Positions 31,984 through 43,597 of a stretch of 64,000 nt of DNA are shown here, one piece after another. The notes below the pieces were generated by a model. That model saw nothing but the letters and a program-made list of their open reading frames with translations, ran no database searches and was not told where the DNA came from. A program made the translations under genes and the position numbers. The DNA comes from Naegleria gruberi (lineage: Eukaryota): NCBI GenBank assembly GCA_000004985.1, contig GG738846.1; one strand, 5' to 3'. How positions within the stretch are numbered: the first letter of the stretch is position 1; each line of letters opens with the position of its first letter.

Positions 31984-33339
31984 TTATTTTCGCCTGATTT
32001 TCAATAGATAATAAACAATTGGTCCAATAAATAAGCCTAAAATAAACCATAACCCTGAGATTAGCTTTACCCTATTTTTCAACTTATACCTAGTGTCTCG
32101 TTGTTGGGTAATGAGTAAATTAATCTTGTTAAAGTATTTTCTAATGAGCGTTTGGATTTGATTTTCTTTGAACGAACTCTCCAGATTCTTAATCTTTAAA
32201 TCTAATTGAGAAAAAGTTGATTTGAGTTGAGTCAACTCATTTTTCAGTTTCACCAAGTTGTAAGAATGATCTATTAAATTGGCAGGATTAACATCTTGGA
32301 TGGCACTCTTTGTTGAGTAGTATGAATTTTCACTGGTATTGTCAGAGTGATAATCCTCTATTTCATCTTCATGCTCCACAACATGTGAATACTCGCTTGG
32401 TTCTATGATTTTTACGTTTTTAGTATCTGATTTTTCCACGACCGGGGTCTCCACAACTTTCCTAGTGCTGACATAGGCATCACTATTCTTTAAAAACTGT
32501 TTTGCAATTTCGAACCATTCACTCAATTTTACATCAGCTAAAGATTTCATGTAATTTTCAATTTTTTCCTTCAAACCCCACATTAACATGTTACTATTGA
32601 ATGTACAAATGACATTACCATAAATAATCATACTGTGGTCATTGTATTGTTTGATGGTATATTCTAAATTAGTTTTAGATTTATCTTTCAAATAACTATC
32701 CAAAATATCAATATCTACAAATAATTGGCACTTATTTTTGTACAGTATTAGTAATTCCTTAACTCTACATGGCAATTTTGAAGGTATTCCTAGATATGAA
32801 ATAAAACTTGGTACATTGATTGCTTGATCATACTCAGTCACTCTCTTTAATTCATAAGTTTTACAAGTTGGATTTTGTTCCATATAATCTATCAATTCTG
32901 TATAATTAGAAATAACAGTTTCATCAATGCTCCATTTTTGTGTTACTCTTAAATTACAATTATTTTGAATTTCATGATATTTTAATAAAAAATCATTGTT
33001 AAATATTACACTATCCATTATTTGACATAAATTCTTTTCAACAATAATTTGATGATCAGCTTGTTTTGAATCTCTCTGACTATCATCATGTTCCGACATG
33101 TCTAATGAAGAGGTTGGTTGTCGTTCATTATAGAAGAGGCTTTGTGTCATTTTTATTGTTGTGTTGGTTGGGTGAGAATCTTTTGGTAGAATGACATTCA
33201 AAAAAAACTGATCAATAACAATAAATATTAAACGAAATACGTTATTGTTCTCATCATCATTTGTGAAATTATTATCGGAACATATTAATATTACCTCATC
33301 AATTATCATATTCAATTCCCTCTCTATAATATGTTGCAT
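31984..33339 (-). CDS. Tail-anchored coiled-coil membrane protein (451 aa). SNARE/Sec20-like topology. Function unknown.
   Basis: Single C-terminal TM (LISGLWFILGLFIGPIVYYLL) preceded by heptad repeats. Its stop codon lies 1 nt from the PRP6 stop on the opposite strand. Confidence 0.4.
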   Translation of the reverse strand: MQHIIERELNMIIDEVILICSDNNFTNDDENNNVFRLIFIVIDQFFLNVILPKDSHPTNTTIKMTQSLFYNERQPTSSLDMSEHDDSQRDSKQADHQIIVEKNLCQIMDSVIFNNDFLLKYHEIQNNCNLRVTQKWSIDETVISNYTELIDYMEQNPTCKTYELKRVTEYDQAINVPSFISYLGIPSKLPCRVKELLILYKNKCQLFVDIDILDSYLKDKSKTNLEYTIKQYNDHSMIIYGNVICTFNSNMLMWGLKEKIENYMKSLADVKLSEWFEIAKQFLKNSDAYVSTRKVVETPVVEKSDTKNVKIIEPSEYSHVVEHEDEIEDYHSDNTSENSYYSTKSAIQDVNPANLIDHSYNLVKLKNELTQLKSTFSQLDLKIKNLESSFKENQIQTLIRKYFNKINLLITQQRDTRYKLKNRVKLISGLWFILGLFIGPIVYYLLKIRRK

Positions 33340-33410
33340 TTAAAAATATCATGATATAGAACCTGGTATTTTAGGTGAGGTTATGATGATGTTTTTTGTA
33401 GTTCAAAACA

Positions 33411-33420
33411 GCGCCAAAAA
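33411..33420 (+). promoter_or_regulatory. E2F-like motif GCGCCAAAAA in the 85-bp divergent promoter, immediately upstream of the TTL-like gene ATG.
   Basis: Read directly from the sequence. Confidence 0.3.
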
Positions 33421-33423
33421 AAA

Positions 33424-36400
33424 ATGAATAGACTCCTCAGTACCTCTCACCAAAGCTCTGAGGCAGATTTAAATTTTGAAATCGGAACCCTCATTGATAA
33501 GGTGGCAACAGCACACTCCCGTTCTAAACAACGTAGTAATTCTGTAACAAAACCAAGGAAGATTAAATTGGCTGAGCCTGTGGAAGCTGCTATTGATAAA
33601 CAAGTAGAGGAGGATTTATTTACCTATCCATTCATATCGTATGTATTTAGTGATACATATTTTATTGGAATATTTATATTGATTTAATAGTAATGATCCA
33701 GCTAGTAATTTAGAAGATGATCAACTTCAGAGAAAATATCCAGTCACCAACTTGAATGCTGAAATAAGATTGAAAAAACAAAAGGAACTTGTAGAGAAAA
33801 TCAGTTTTTCTGAGCACAAATACCAATCCATCTTTGCTTCCTCCTTTCCCCTTAAACCTCTAATTCCATTTTTCAAGTATCTTGTCTCTCCAGTGAAGGG
33901 AAATTATCTTCCTGACCAACATAATATTGTCACAAAGTCTAAATTGCGAATATCATTACCGTACACAGTCGTTTTTGGAATTTCTGAAAGTCCAGTGTTG
34001 TACTATACAGATGTAGATGGTTATGTTGTAAGGGTTGATAATGTAGCCTTCAAGACGATAAAACAAAAACTAACTTATGGAACTACCTCAGATTCTGACG
34101 TGGCTGTTGTCATGAAAAGAGTAAGTATTACTGGAATTAGATAACTAATCTATTTAGTTGGTTCCTGGTGAAGTTACTACCAATGTTGCCTCTCTACTGA
34201 GTGTTAAGCAATTATTAACAATTTTGGATGCTCAAAATACTGGACTCTGTGTTTTCCAAAGATATGTAAAATCGAGTGGAAGCAAAGCATCAGTTGCCAG
34301 GATTATTTGGAATTCAACTAGACCTGTCTCTGGATATGTTCTTTCAAACAAAAAGACCACAACAGATCCATTTGAAAAAGAGGCAACAAATAGGCTATTA
34401 ACAAATACAGATAATGCAAATAATATTGATATTTTCCAATTGAAAGCAGCAGCTTTAGGAAGTATAGGAGTTCAAATGAACAATATTGTAAAATATTTGG
34501 AAAGTTTACCAAAACTTAAATGTAAATTCGAAACATTTGCTGCAGATTTTATCAGAGACGATGATGGGAGGTATTGGTTTATCCAAGCCAAAGCATTTAC
34601 AATTGAGGAAAAAAAGATCAAAAAACCAAGTTCGGAAGAGGAAATTCCAGAGGAAAGAAATATCAAAGCAAAATCATACTATCTCAAAAGTAAAGAGTGC
34701 AAAATGTGTCTCAATCTGTTCCCTCCCACTGATTTGAGTTATTCCATGACTCTAAAGATGATTTATGCTACTGAACAACACTTGAAGAGAAGAGCTGTAA
34801 AATTAGCTTGGTTTGATAGACCTGAATTTAAAGGAACATCAGAAACTTCAAGCTGGTACCAGGAGTTTAAGGTTTGCAAACCATGTTTTGACATGTACTT
34901 ACAAGAGCAAAAGCTTGCCAAAGTTGAGCTCCAGTTTGCAAAGGCAATTGGTATTCCAGTAACTAAGAAAATTAATGACGATGCTTCAATTTTGGAATCA
35001 TTACAGCATAGGTTGTCGAATCAAAAGAGGCTTAATTGCGATACAAAGGAAATGCCAAAAAGTTTATTAATGTACAGATTTATTGTTTACTTGAATGGTA
35101 TGTTGTTTCCCTATTTATTATTCATTTTTGTAATTTCAGAGGTCAGAAATGTTCCAGATAATTTATTAGCAGCTAAGAAAGTTCAACTTAAGGTAAAACT
35201 ATTTGATACTGAATTATGTGTTCCTTTGAAAATGGAAGATGTGGATCCAAAGAAGAAGATTGCAGTTGGAAAATTGAGGGTATTCTACTTTTTCATTAAG
35301 AATCAGACACAATTCAGAGTCTTTCTGAAGAACCAAAGAGACATCAAGGTTGATCTTTGTGTAAATGGAAATGAAGTAATTGGAAAGGCAGTTCTAAATT
35401 TGAAACAATTCGAGAGTGGGTTATTGGACAAGTTGGATTACATGGTCCTTTTTTCTGCTACTGGACTTAAACTTTGTTCCTTGAGAGCAACTATTGGATT
35501 TGTGCAAATGAGTAATAAGGACATTACAAATCTCAAATTGACAGAGTGCAATTCAGGTGTATATATTCCTCCAGCTGATTTTTATACCGCAGATCCTTTG
35601 CCAGACGAGTGGATGGAAATGATTCCAACCCTAAAAACCACAAGAGAGGGAGCAAGAGAGATTGATGAATCAAACAAGAGAGATAGACCACAATCAGCAA
35701 GAACTATGGTTCCAAAACTTGCCACATCCACAATTGAAAGAAGGCCATTCTCAGCCACTCTTCAGAAACGACCAACAACGCCTTCTCAAACTCTCACTAG
35801 AAGAGCAGCCATGAGTGCAACTCCAAGAAATACTTCTTCAACACCTTCCTACGCCAAATCTATCGGAAATTTGAAAAAGAGGCCAGCATCCCACAGTGGA
35901 CAAAGACAAGTTTATAATGGTTCTCAAGTGAGTGACTACTATGATTACACTTCATCAACCTTAACATCAGACCTCAATACCATAACATGGGATGAAAGAG
36001 ATACAAACACAAAGAAACCAACTGGAATTGATGCCTTCTTGGGTAATGTCACTTTTGGAACAGATAACACACCCGAAGTTTACAGGCCAGCCTCAGAGGC
36101 AAGAATGCATTTTGCTCATGATGAGCTTATTTGGGAATGGTCAATTAACCAGTTTACTGTTAAGGATCTCAAATCATCGGTTGACGAATGCTGGATATTA
36201 ACCATAGATATTTTTGGTGTGATGAAAAAGGAATACGAAAGTTTCCAAATTTTTAACGAAGGTCCACTAGTATTTGATATTGAAGATAAGGTTTTCTTGT
36301 CAGCCTCTCGAGACAACCTTAGCAGCTACTTTGACAAGGAAAGGATAATGAAAATAACCTTAAAACAAAAATATGTTAATAGAAATGAAATGGTTGCATT

Positions 36401-36710
36401 GTTTGATTTGAGGCAATTATTGAAAAGAGAGAATGCTCAAATCTTTTTGGAGGCTGCTATTACAGATGCTTCTCATGCAGAAGAGATTAGGTGTGGAATT
36501 GTTGGAGAGGATAGTGATCAAGAAAGTGATGATGAGGAGGAGAAATTAAGCAGAGATGAGATGAAGCTTGGTACGATTTCAACCTATTGCAGTTATACCA
36601 AGATGGCCAAGACGAATGATGTGGCAACTGAAAATGTTGAAGTCTTCCAAATTGAGGAGTATAGTATCACTTGCTTTAAAACTGTACCTGACTGGTTTGA
36701 GAAGAAATAG
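33424..36710 (+). CDS. Tubulin-tyrosine-ligase-like (TTL/TTLL family, ATP-grasp) domain protein with a long S/T-rich C-terminal region, 3 exons (1065 aa).
   Basis: Exons are 33424..33638, 33691..34120, 34158..36710. Introns are 33639..33690 (GTATGT..TAG) and 34121..34157 (GTAAGT..TAG, 37 nt), both phase-consistent. TTL-domain landmarks: CVFQRYV (IQKYL), KASVARIIWNS (RKFDIRSWVLV), VSGYVLSNKK (NIYLYREGVLR), FETFAADFIRDDDGRYWFIQ ([22 protein letters not shown]). Several catalytic-loop positions look divergent. Confidence 0.45.
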
Positions 36711-36714
36711 TTTA

Positions 36715-37938
36715 TTATTTCTTCAACATTGAGACAACAACCTTGAGAGTTTCTATTGAATTAGGTTTCAATTGAAGTGTTCCGGGTGATGGATTTTTAA
36801 ACAGGTACAGAAATACCATGCCATTAATACCATTATTCTTCAACTTTTCCAACTCTCCTACATCAAACAGATTTCCAATAGCACTCGTCAATAAATTATG
36901 CAAACTTTCTGGATTGAGACGACGTATTTCTGCTTCTTGTTTTTCAGAAAAAAACATTAGTCCTGGTGGCGTTCTAAGATTTTGAACGGCAAGGTTTAAC
37001 GTAATCATTGTACCTTGTTGTAAATTGAAAGGATTCAATTGTAATCCATCATGTTCAAACCAAGAAAGGAATTCTGATCCAGAGACGTTATTAAATCTAA
37101 GCTTTTCCAATTCTCCACAACTCAAAATATCTCCAACAGCCTTGTCAAGTGTTGATACTAGTTTTTCTGCATTCATCATTGACAGTTCAGCTTTAGAAAA
37201 GTTTGACATGTAGCTAGGATCACTCTTCTTGTCAGCTTCATTGTCAATTTGAGTGAGATCCGTTTCATTCACTTCTAATATTGTATTTGAATCCTTTTCT
37301 ACTTCTTTATATTTTTGTGAATTGCAACAGTGTAATTGTAGTCTCCCTAGTAGGCTAGAAATATGACATTCAAAATACTCTACATAGGATGGAATTTCGT
37401 GATTTAGTAGTGTGACATGTTCCGATTTGGGTAATGTATATCTCATATCTTCGTCTGTTAAATTTTTACAATCTATTAATTTCCTCTCATTTATCTTTTG
37501 ACTTGGAACTATATAATTCGTTATTGAAATCTTATATATTTTAACTTTAATTATTCCACACATTGGAGGAACAGTTTTTGTCAACATGTCATCCCACCAA
37601 AATACCAGAGGAAATGATTTATCATTATCAATAATTGAACAAAATACTCTCTTTCCATTTGGAGGAACAAATTGTGTCATTGATTCCTTTACTTCCTTTC
37701 CATTAATATTAAATATAAATATCAAATTTTCATGAGGTAAATTATTTTCCACCAATACACCAAATCTTTTAAGTTTGGATCTATCCTCATCATCCACAAC
37801 TTTACAAAAATATACTTCCTCTCCCGGCCGTTTTGTATGTTCCAATACTTCCCACGTGCGTACATCATCATCCGATCGTTCATCATTTAAATCTTTGACC
37901 ACAACACGTGCCGAGTACATTTCCGAAGCCATCATCAT
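36715..37938 (-). CDS. Hypothetical protein (407 aa) with two C-terminal SAM-like helical repeats.
   Basis: Internal duplication: ILSCGELEKLRFNNVSGSEFLSWF and LFDVGELEKLKNNGINGMVFLYLF. Clean ORF. Its stop lies 4 nt from the TTL-like gene stop on the opposite strand. Confidence 0.35.
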   Translation of the reverse strand: MMMASEMYSARVVVKDLNDERSDDDVRTWEVLEHTKRPGEEVYFCKVVDDEDRSKLKRFGVLVENNLPHENLIFIFNINGKEVKESMTQFVPPNGKRVFCSIIDNDKSFPLVFWWDDMLTKTVPPMCGIIKVKIYKISITNYIVPSQKINERKLIDCKNLTDEDMRYTLPKSEHVTLLNHEIPSYVEYFECHISSLLGRLQLHCCNSQKYKEVEKDSNTILEVNETDLTQIDNEADKKSDPSYMSNFSKAELSMMNAEKLVSTLDKAVGDILSCGELEKLRFNNVSGSEFLSWFEHDGLQLNPFNLQQGTMITLNLAVQNLRTPPGLMFFSEKQEAEIRRLNPESLHNLLTSAIGNLFDVGELEKLKNNGINGMVFLYLFKNPSPGTLQLKPNSIETLKVVVSMLKK

Positions 37939-38086
37939 TTTTTTTTCAATTTTTATAATTTTATTCTAAGAGTAAATTCCATTTTTTTCCACTGTAGAAA
38001 AATGCTTGTTTTCTCTTTTTACATCGAACATTTATTGAAATTTACAACATGAATTCCTGACACAGAATATTGCCATCAACAACTTG

Positions 38087-41000
38087 TTAAACCTTCTTTG
38101 ATCTTAATAATAATTGATCAAAACTCATTCTAGGAGCTCTATCTTCTTCATCCTCTTCCTTGATTGAAGATGTGTTTTGAGGTGGTCGAAGAAGTAAAGC
38201 TGATGAGGATGGTCGATTATTTCCATTATTATTATTATTACTTGTAGTCGGTGATGTATGTGGTACCACTAAGGAAATTGGTGGAGAATTTGGAGAAACA
38301 ACAATTTGAGGATCTGTGAAAACATCCCTATCCAAGTTGACCACTATTTCCTCTTCACTGAGAACTATTTGAGAAGTATTAGATGGTGTTGTAGCATTAT
38401 TAGACTTTTCCTTGTTGTAATTTTTCAAAAGAGTTTGATATCTACATCTCTTTCCACATATTATTAAAACATCCATCGAGTGCAACACTGTTGAAAGGGA
38501 CGGATTGGTGTAGGTATATCTGTGTTGCTCCTCTTTTGATTTGTTCATCCGACTTAGAGCCATCAAGATCAAGCCATGCTCATAAAAGTTAGATATCATG
38601 TCAAATACTGTCGATCCAACATAAATGGCATGGACTGGTACTTCAAACAGAACTGATTGATTGTCTCCAGCTACAAATTCATCAGCAATTAATTGATCCA
38701 AGAGTTCAGTAATTCTCTTATTATAGAACGATTGAGCCAAAATTCTTGAAAGGAAGGAAGAAGATGGGAAAATCTTTCCAGAAATATACAAATCAGAAAA
38801 TAAACAAAATCTATCAAATTCATCCAAGTTATGTTCAATAATTCCTCTTTCTTGCAGTGTCATAATTTTTTCATAAGTGGAAACGCCATCGTGTTGAATA
38901 AATTTCAAATTGGAACGATTACACAATTCAATCATGAAAAACTTGTTAGAATCGATAAAATCAATAGATAGTGCTAGCTTAATGGCCTCTGAATCGATAT
39001 TATAATCATTCTGTTCTTGATCTACTGCTTCCTCAGTAATATTATTCTCAATATTGACTAATTTTTCCTCCTGAGTAATGTAGAGGATGGATTTAGAAAG
39101 GTGAGCTCCTGCTTTTCTCAAATCAAAACTTTTTGATGGATTACCACTAATAAAGTACACATTGGAAAAGAATTTGAGCCTTTCATATAAAAAAACAAAG
39201 TACTTGTCAACAAATGGACTCATAAATACTATTTGAGTGAAATAATTTTGTCTTGATAGAGATCTAATGATAGAACAAATGATGGCAGGTTGTTGAAATT
39301 CTCCAATGATTAGAATGTGATCTCTAATGAGAGTAGGGATTCTATAGTTCGTAATTAAAAAGTCTTCCTTTGAACGAGGGATATTGGACACTAGATTATA
39401 GGTCTTTTGAACTTCTGAATAAAATTCACCTTCGAGACGTTTTCGTTCTTCTGGTTTTTTCTGTTTGATAGCTTTTAGTAGGCATCTCTTTTGTAAAAAG
39501 TAAAACTCTGGTGAAATAAGCTTTAGCAGAATCTCCATGTGTAGTGTGCTCAATTCTTCCTCTGATGGTTCATCATGTTTGTCTCTCAAGAGGTAAATGT
39601 CAGCTTTTCTTGATTCTGAGCTGATACTCTTTCTACGAGTACGTGTTGCATTTGCTGCCATCAATAACTTGTTAGGAAGAGTCTTCTTTTCTACAACCTT
39701 CTTTCTATGTTTTTCAGAGATTTTCATTACTTCCTTATTTTCATTTTTGTGAATGCCTTCAAAATCCATCTGCTCCTTAGCCAGATAATCAGCATAGTTT
39801 GGATCATAGAATTCGTCACCCAATTCTTCAATGATTTTTTGGGAATTGTAAATGAAGGGTTTTGCAGTTTTTAGTTTCTTTGTGGTTTTGATCTCTTCAT
39901 CTTCAGAGGATTGGTAATTTGATACTTCCTTTGCATGTTTATGACTTTTGGCAATACAAAAACATCTATCTCCTTCCTTGATTAAATAATTTGTTGGATT
40001 GACTAATATATTTCCATTTACATCCTCCACAGCAAAAATATTAACCTCTGACTTGGTAATCAACAAGAAAGCAGCATCAATAAACAAGCTATTATAAAAA
40101 GCAGGACTAAAATCAACTCTATAAATTTGGCAATTTAGACCTTCAGAGTATTCTAGAATCCACTTATTTTCAATGTATAAATTATCATAAAAATTCTTGG
40201 AACCGTTGGTGATCTCTACAGCACTCATAATATTAAACAGAAATGTTCCAATTCCTGACGAGACAGCGGAAGCTGACAAAACTTTTGAACTGATGGATTC
40301 ATTGCAGACGATAACTTTGGCACCAGCCTTGATCAAATATGGTTTCGATTCTACCAAGTTGATTTGGGCAAATACTTTCAAATTCTTATTGAAATTTCTT
40401 AAAGCTAAGATATGATTTATATAGAAAATGTAAATTGACTACTTACCGATTGTGGTCATTATTATGCTATTGTCTTGTTTTCTAGGATGCCCAATCTTTG
40501 GACTATTCAACAAGATAACTGAATGAGCTGTTGGTATCTCTAATAGTTGCATAATATCAAAATCCATAATGTCACCAGTATAAATGTAAATGTAGGATCG
40601 ATAATTGTTTTTCCTCAATGATTCTCTCAATTGTTCAGAAAGTTCCTTATTCTTGAAAACGCCTATTTTCATTCCAATAATTAGTGAGAATAACTTTCAA
40701 CTTACAAATCAGTTTCTTTGTTTTTTTCTTATTGAATTTGTGAAAGAAATGTTTGATAAAATCCACAACTTCATCATGACGAGCACTGCCCGACACTACA
40801 ACATGCTTTTTAAGAATTAAATTTTTCACCTTGAAAATGTTATCTTCACTGGTGATAATATCATAAATTCCACTCAACTGAAGTGGTATTAGTGAAACAC
40901 CAACCAAAAAGAAGAGAATAACAGCGTATCTAGAAACTGGATTGGATGGTGACTACAACAAGTGTTATCCACAACTAAAATTGAATAAAAACCTACAATA

Positions 41001-42181
41001 TCACCATAACCAATTGTAAAGAGTGTAATTACAATAAAATATAAACAATCGTGGAAGTAAATATCCTTATCTGAAAAGAATGCTTCACACCACTGAAAAA
41101 TTCCTGAAAAGAGTATCAGTAAACAAATTACAGTCAATCCCAATTCAATAACCTTAGCAGCAACAGAGTTAATATCACCCTTTCGAGAAATCTTCTTCAC
41201 CAAAGGAATTACTCTCAACAATCTCAATACTCTCAGTAAACCAACCAATGCATATGTATTTCCTTCCAACCATTCATTACGTTTAAAAGAAACAACAATG
41301 AGCACAAAGGAAGGAATTACCGTAACATAGTCCAAAATTGATAATGGATTAATGAAATAAGTGAGTCTGAATAATTATTCCAATAATTCCAAATTATCAT
41401 CAATTAAATATTACAATTCTTAATTAAATTAACACACATACTTTTCCTTTGAAAGAAAAAAATTAATCACAAAAAACAAAATGAAAAAGGCAATAAAAAC
41501 CAAATCCAAAATACTCAATGATACCAAACGACTTTCAATGTCAATCTGAATATAAGATGCTGCAATATATTCTGCAGCAGAAAGTACAGACAAGAGAGTT
41601 TGAAATAATTCCAATTCCAATTGTACTCCACCCAATCGTTTCTTTATGATATTCTTTCTAGATTTTTTCCATTCAAAAGTACGATTATTACCTATTTTCT
41701 CATTCTGTAGCACAGACTATTTAAGGTTTCATGAATAAAATTCATACTAGATACTCACTTTGTGCACGGCACTATTACTGAACATTTTTTGCATATATCC
41801 CATCATTTGAGAATTGGATACATTTCCATCACTATCAGCAAATGTTATGTGATTGTGTTTTTCTGTTATTAATGTTGGGGTCATGTTATTATCATTGGCA
41901 GTAATAGTAGACTGTTTATGTTGTTGTTGAATAGACGAAGAGAGAGGATCGGAATTTAGAGTTTGTTTGTTTTTATAATGATGATGATGATGATTATTTA
42001 TATGTACAATATCGTGTTGTGGTTGATGATGCGAGAGAGGTGATGAAGGTGGACTCTGTGAAGATGAGCTTGACGTTATTTGATATCTTTCAATAACCAC
42101 CTCCTCTTTAACTTTCTCAATATTATCCAAATCCTCTGTTGATGATCCTAAACAGAGTTGACTCATTTTTTTAGTATCCAT
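38087..42181 (-). CDS. Slo-family (BK / KCa1-like) large-conductance potassium channel, 6 exons (1278 aa).
   Basis: Exons (minus strand) are 42181..41759, 41716..41442, 41366..40993, 40936..40706, 40662..40447, 40404..38087. All introns are 42-75 nt with GT..AG and consistent phases, and the total is divisible by 3. It has an S4 voltage sensor (LLRVLRLLRVIPLVKK) and the selectivity filter TIGYGD. S6 is followed by the RCK1 start KHVVVSGSARHDEVVDFIKHFFHK (BK: [24 protein letters not shown]). RCK segments include SVILLNSPK...QDNSIIMTTI and NPTNYLIKEGDRCFCIAKSHKHAKEV. The N-terminus has a His-run. Confidence 0.8.
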
Positions 42182-42472
42182 TCTCTATTTGAAAACTATG
42201 GTCTCCACTCTCTAATAATATTAAACAAGGGATGATCCTTGTTTAATGTGAACGTTGAAACAGAACATTAGAAGGAACATGGAGAGAGAAAATGAGTATT
42301 AGAATTTTCAATATTTCAAAAGTCCTCTTTCAGACCAGTGATGTTACAATGAGGTGAACAACAAGCTCCAGCCACACCTTGAACAAACAATTTAATTGAC
42401 AAGAAAAGAGATTATGATTGAGATTTCAAATAGATTTTCAATAATTTAAAAAATTAAATTTCTAAAAAAAAA

Positions 42473-43564
42473 ATGTCCGTTACAATCAAATCAACAAGTA
42501 AATGTTTTGGTGGCTTAATTTTGGAGTGTACTCACACTGCTTCTACTGTTCAATGCCAAATGAATTTTCATATTTATAAACCACCAAAGGCATGTTTGGG
42601 TGAAAAGGTTCCTATTGTTGTCTTCTTGTCTGGATTGACTTGTAATGATACTAATTTTATTTTCAAAGCTGGAGCCATGTCCATTGCTTCACAATTGGGA
42701 TTAGCACTTGTATGTCCAGATACAAGTCCAAGAGGTTCTGATGTTGCTTCATCGGATAGTTGGGATTTTGGTCAAGGTGCAGGTAAGAGACAACAAAAAC
42801 ATTTCCGAATTTTAATTTTATATTTGTTTTATATATTTTAATAATGATTATGATGATGAAATGTGTAATGATCATGAAATCAATTGATTCACAATTCTAA
42901 ATATATATATATAGGATTTTATTTAAATGCTACACAAGAACCATGGGCTAAACATTTTAGAATGTATGATTACATTGTCAAGGAGTTGCCTTCTGTTTTG
43001 ATTGAAAATTTTGCAAAGGGTGAAAATGCTTGGCTCTTATTGGATAAGGAAGATCAATTACGTCAAAGTATTTTCGGTCATAGTATGGGGTATGTCAATA
43101 GTGTGTGAATTATTATTTAAATATATTATTTCAAAATATTATTTAGAGGATTGGGAGCTTTAGTTGTTTATTTACGTAATTTGGAATTGTATCATAGTTG
43201 TTCTGCCTTTGCTCCAATTAGTAATCCAACAGATGCTGAATGTGCATGGGGACAAAAGGCTCTCAAGGGTTATTTGGGAGACTCAGAAGAAGCTCGTTCT
43301 ACATTGTGGGTTCAACATGATCCAAGTGTACTTTTGAGTAATTTGACAAATGTTAGTTTGGTGAAGGAAATCTTGGTTGACCAAGGTAGTGAAGACAAAT
43401 TCTTACACTCTAAACAATTGCAAGTTGACAAGTTGGAATCTGCTGCCAAGAAGGTTGGAGCTTCACTCACCTTAAGAATGCAAGAAGGTTATGATCACAG
43501 TTATTACTTTATTCAATCCTTTGTTAAGGATCACCTTGAACATCATGCTAAATTTTTGAATTAA
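42473..43564 (+). CDS. ESD: S-formylglutathione hydrolase / esterase D, 3 exons (300 aa).
   Basis: Exons are 42473..42782, 42915..43089, 43147..43564. Introns are 42783..42914 (GTAAGA..TAG) and 43090..43146 (GTATGT..TAG). Motifs: SDSWDFGQGAG|FY, FGHSMGG.LGAL (the exon junction falls inside this motif), SAFAPI.NP, and the C-terminal D/H catalytic blocks. Confidence 0.85.
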
Positions 43565-43597
43565 ATTATGGAAATATTTAGAATTAATATGTTAATT

